Source: Mobula hypostoma
Taxonomy: Eukaryota
DNA: 64,000 bases
NCBI RefSeq assembly: GCF_963921235.1
Contig: NC_086110.1
Span: 124,001-188,000 of the forward strand
Direction: 5' to 3'
Part shown: positions 60,653 to 64,000 of the stretch, piece by piece
How the letters are laid out: each line of letters begins with the position of its first letter
Numbering within the stretch: the first letter of the stretch is position 1
Notes under the pieces: model-generated
What the model saw: the letters and a program-made list of their open reading frames with translations, nothing else
Databases searched by the model: none
Told to the model about the DNA's origin: nothing
Translations under genes and position numbers: made by a program

Positions 60653-63494
60653 ATGAAACGTTTCTTCATGAAGAAGAAGGAAAGTGGAGCTGAAGGACGG
60701 AAGAGACGAAAGTTGGAGGTGGAGGAAGCCAAGAAGTCGAGCAAGTTCTTCATGCCCTTCTTTGAAAAGCCCGGAACAAATAGTTTGATACGTTCCATGG
60801 AGTCGCCTGCACCTGCTACAAGTTTGTTAGAATCCGAAGGTGGATCAAGTACAAATGCGTCACAAGCCGAGGAAAAAGTCAAGTCAGATAAATCCGAGTA
60901 TGACGAGATTAAGAGTGAGGCTGCCACAGAGAACGTGGACATGACAGGAGGGGAAGACGATACTGGTGGTGATGATGTTGAGTTTATTGACGAGATTTTA
61001 CCTGACGAGATTGAACCTGACAACACTGAACCTAGTGAACTGGATGGTGTCAAAGAGCCTCGAATTGTCATACCAGAAGTGATTGAACAGCGTGACACTG
61101 GACTTCTGAAGTTCGACAGGGATACTGGAGAAGCAATTCTGCCTCACGCGTTGAGAACAGAAAGAATAAATCTGGGTTCGAAGTACGAGGGGTGATTGAT
61201 AAGTTTGTGGCCTAAGGTAGAAGGAATCAATTTTAGAAAAACTAGCACATTTGTTTTTCAACATAGTCCCCTCCTACATTTACACACTTAGTCCAGCAGT
61301 CATGGAGCATATGGATCTTGGACCTCCAGAAAGTGTCCAGAGCAGGGGTGATTGATATGTTCGGGCCTAAGGTAGAAGGAGATGAGTTATACAGCTCTCG
61401 TTACATACACATGCAGTTCAACTCTTTCAGTGATTATGCAGAAAGTTTGAAGTGAGTAACTCATCGGGGTGATTGATAAGTTTGTGGCCTAAGGTAGAAG
61501 GAGATGAGTTATTAACTTCAAACTTTCTGCATAATTGCATCATTGGAGCAGGAAAGTGGATTCAACCAGTGGAAAGCACCTGAAAGGATTAGTGTTCATG
61601 AAAATGCCAAGAATAATTGGGAATGCTTCACACAGTGGAAAGAAATGGAAAGAAATTTAGCTGGAAACAGGAGTTATTGACGCGGTATTTCAGTCACAGA
61701 TTGAGAAGGAAAAGCAGAAGAGGTGTGATATCTTGACGAGAATCCTTCACTGCACAAAATTCCTTGTGACTCAGAACCTGGCTTTGCAAGGACACAGAGT
61801 CACTTCAGCTGGACAATGACTCCAATGTGGGAAATTTCCTTGGCTTACTGAAACTACTGGCCATCTTTGACCCTGTCATAAAAGAACACCTCACTCATTT
61901 GGAAAGTCATCCTGGATCCACGTCTTATCTTTCACTGGGTGTCCAGAACGAATTCATCCCCATGATGGCATCCACTGTTCACCAGGGTTTACTGAGAAGC
62001 ATTCGTAAAGCCAAGTACTATGGCCTCATGTACAACTCGACTCCAGATCAGGCACACCGTGAGCAGATGTCAGAGTAGTGAGGTATACGGAAGTTGATTT
62101 TGAGAGGAAAACAGTCCGCGTTAGAGAGTCCTTCCTTGGTTTTATCCAGATAAACCAGAAGGATGCTGAGAGCTTGGTTGAAGATGTCTTGAAACAGCTA
62201 GAGAAGGACGAAATGGAGCTACAAGATTGTCAGTCACAGTGCTATGACAACGCTGCTGTGATGGCTCGACACAGAAGTGGTGTTCACCAAAGAATAAGTG
62301 AGAAAAACAACCTGGCAGTGTTTGTGAATTGCGACAATCACTAACTCAACATGATGGGTGTACATGCAGCCAAGCAGGATACAATGATGGTCACGTTTTT
62401 TGGAACCATCAAAGCTCTCTTCGTGTTTTTCTCATGTTCAACACAGCGCTGGGAAAAACTCAAAAACGCCGTGCCTGTGGTTGTTAAGTCAGAGTCCGAA
62501 ACCAGGTGGAGTGCAAGGACAGAAGCAGTGAAGCCCGTCAACAAGTACCTTGAGGAGATACTTCAAGTTCTCCAGGACATGATAGACAATGAAAACAAGA
62601 CCAGTGAAACAAAAAGTGACACAAGGCAGCTGTACAACCGCATGTTGAGTTACGATTTTCTGATTTTGCTAGGATTTTGGAACAAAGTACTCATTTGCGT
62701 TGACCGTATTCAAAGGAGGCTGCAGGATCCTAGCATGAACTTCCACGATGCTGCCCTGGATTTGAAAGCCCTCCAAGATCATTTTTATGATAAAAGAGAA
62801 GTGTTGGTCAGTGAGTCATTAGAAGGAGGAGTCGGTCTCTGTCAAGATTGGAATATTGAAGTTGAAAGACGTCAGAGATGGAAGAAATGAACGGCTGATG
62901 AGAACTCGAGAGACGCTGGGTTAACAGCTAAGGAGGAAGTGGAAAGAGTCATGAAGGGAACACTCGACCATCTTCACAGAGAAATGGACAAAAGGTTCAC
63001 TCGTTTGCATGACACTGACGTCAAGTTTGGGTTCCTTCTCGATGTCGAGGGACTGTGTTACGGCGCCGACAGTAACGACCTAAAGAAGAAGTGCAAAAGT
63101 TTGGGTGAATTGTACAGCTCTGATGTTGGTGGACAGCAGCTATATGAAGAAATTTTGGATTGCAAAATGTTGCTATCAAGGTGGGTCAACATGAAAATAT
63201 CAAGACCTGAAGAGCTTCTTGAATTTATTGTTCAGTATGGAGATGAGAGTGTCTTCCCCAATCTTCGCATTGCTATTCAGATAATGCTAACCATCACAGT
63301 TTCCATCGCCAGCTGTGAGAGATCATTCAGCAAGTTAAAACTAATACTTTTGTATCTGAGAGCCTCCATGGGTCAAGGCAGACTCTGTGATCTTGTTCTG
63401 CTGAGTGTAGAAAGAGAAGAAACTGAAAAAAACTGACTTTGATCACATCATAGATAAATTTGCATCAGTGAAAGCAAAGAAGGTGCAGTTATAA
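60653..63494 (+). pseudogene. hAT transposase pseudogene (DUF4371, DDE core, hATC dimerisation domain)
   Basis: GNFLGLLKLLA..VQNE, NSTPD, CYDNAAVM, CDNH, ETRW, SCERSFSKLKLI..LRASMGQGRL; broken by stops, frameshifts and a MITE insertion. Confidence 0.9.
61186..61535. mobile_element. Mariner-type MITE nested in the hAT transposase, right end deleted
   Basis: TA|cgaggggtgattgataagtttgtggcctaaggtagaagg; same modules as 6436-6890. Confidence 0.78.
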
Positions 63495-63659
63495 TTTTCA
63501 TGTGGTGCCATAATTTGTTAATTAAAAGATTAACAAGCTTGACTTGTATTTTTGAGCTGATATTATGGTAAAGTTATCTAAAAGATGAGTGTCAGATGTT
63601 TGGACAGGGTGCAATTTCAGTGCTTGCCATAGGTGCTATTTTCCGTAGATATGCTCCTA

Positions 63660-63960
63660 CATTCTCCCCCCCCCACCCAGTTTATTCCTACGCTGACCAT
63701 TCCCACCACTGCCAATTCCCGATATTGCCCATTCCCCAAACATCATTCTCCAGTGGCCATTTCAACACTGACCATAGGTAACACTGAACATTCCCACTGG
63801 CTATTCCCACACTGACCATTTCTACACCACCCGTTCCCATCACTAACCATTCGAACACTGACCATTCCCATTACAGATCATTCCCACACTTACCATTCCC
63901 AATACAGACCCATCCCACACTGACCATTCCCATTACAGTCCATTCCTAACACTGACCGTC
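63660..63960 (+). repeat. (actgaccattccc)n tract, right part, continuing the array split by the hAT
   Basis: Same motifs as 60290-60458. Confidence 0.85.
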
Positions 63961-64000
63961 CTCAGAGTTTAATTGCTATAATTAGTCACTAGAATGACCT

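Larger units (their letters stand above)
60459..63659 (+). mobile_element. Full-span hAT transposon (ZMYM1-like / Tip100-type), inactive
   Basis: Left end cagtggcgtatcta, right end (rc) taggagcatatcta; 8-bp TSD cattcccc (60451-60458) / cattctcc (63660-63667). Confidence 0.88.

Noticed and set aside
60641-63494. ZMYM1-like host gene
   Set aside because: TIRs, TSD, stops, frameshifts and a nested MITE identify a dead hAT transposon

Overview
Eukaryotic, repeat-rich vertebrate DNA, most likely from a cartilaginous fish such as a ray or skate. This is inferred from the mix of CR1 LINEs, V-SINEs, Rex1/Babar and Penelope-like elements. The whole window lies inside one + strand host gene, NECAB2 (N-terminal EF-hand calcium-binding protein 2). 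Seven internal exons (8316-8341, 12390-12487, 35261-35391, 37792-37910, 50525-50601, 57474-57530, 59380-59492) have canonical AG/GT sites and consistent phases, and they splice into one open frame; the first and last exons lie outside the window. The introns are mostly decayed transposons: many CR1 fragments (one near full length, split by a nested CR1), Rex1/Babar 3' ends, V-SINEs, a tRNA/RTE-tail SINE, a CsRn1-clade Gypsy element, a full-span hAT transposon with TIRs and an 8-bp TSD, two modular mariner-type MITEs, a Vingi/Ingi-like 3' fragment, and several palindromic Penelope-like insertions carrying minimal hammerhead ribozyme motifs. The most notable structures are the hammerheads (core intact only antisense to the gene), a 162-bp 98%-identical inverted repeat of non-TE-looking sequence, and a LINE-derived 46-bp minisatellite whose units carry adjacent Meis-type and Pbx-Hox-type motifs. 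There are three assembly gaps. I cannot support a wholly new multi-gene system here, and most ORFs in the supplied track are TE remnants or spurious. TE boundaries are approximate unless a TSD or TIR is quoted.
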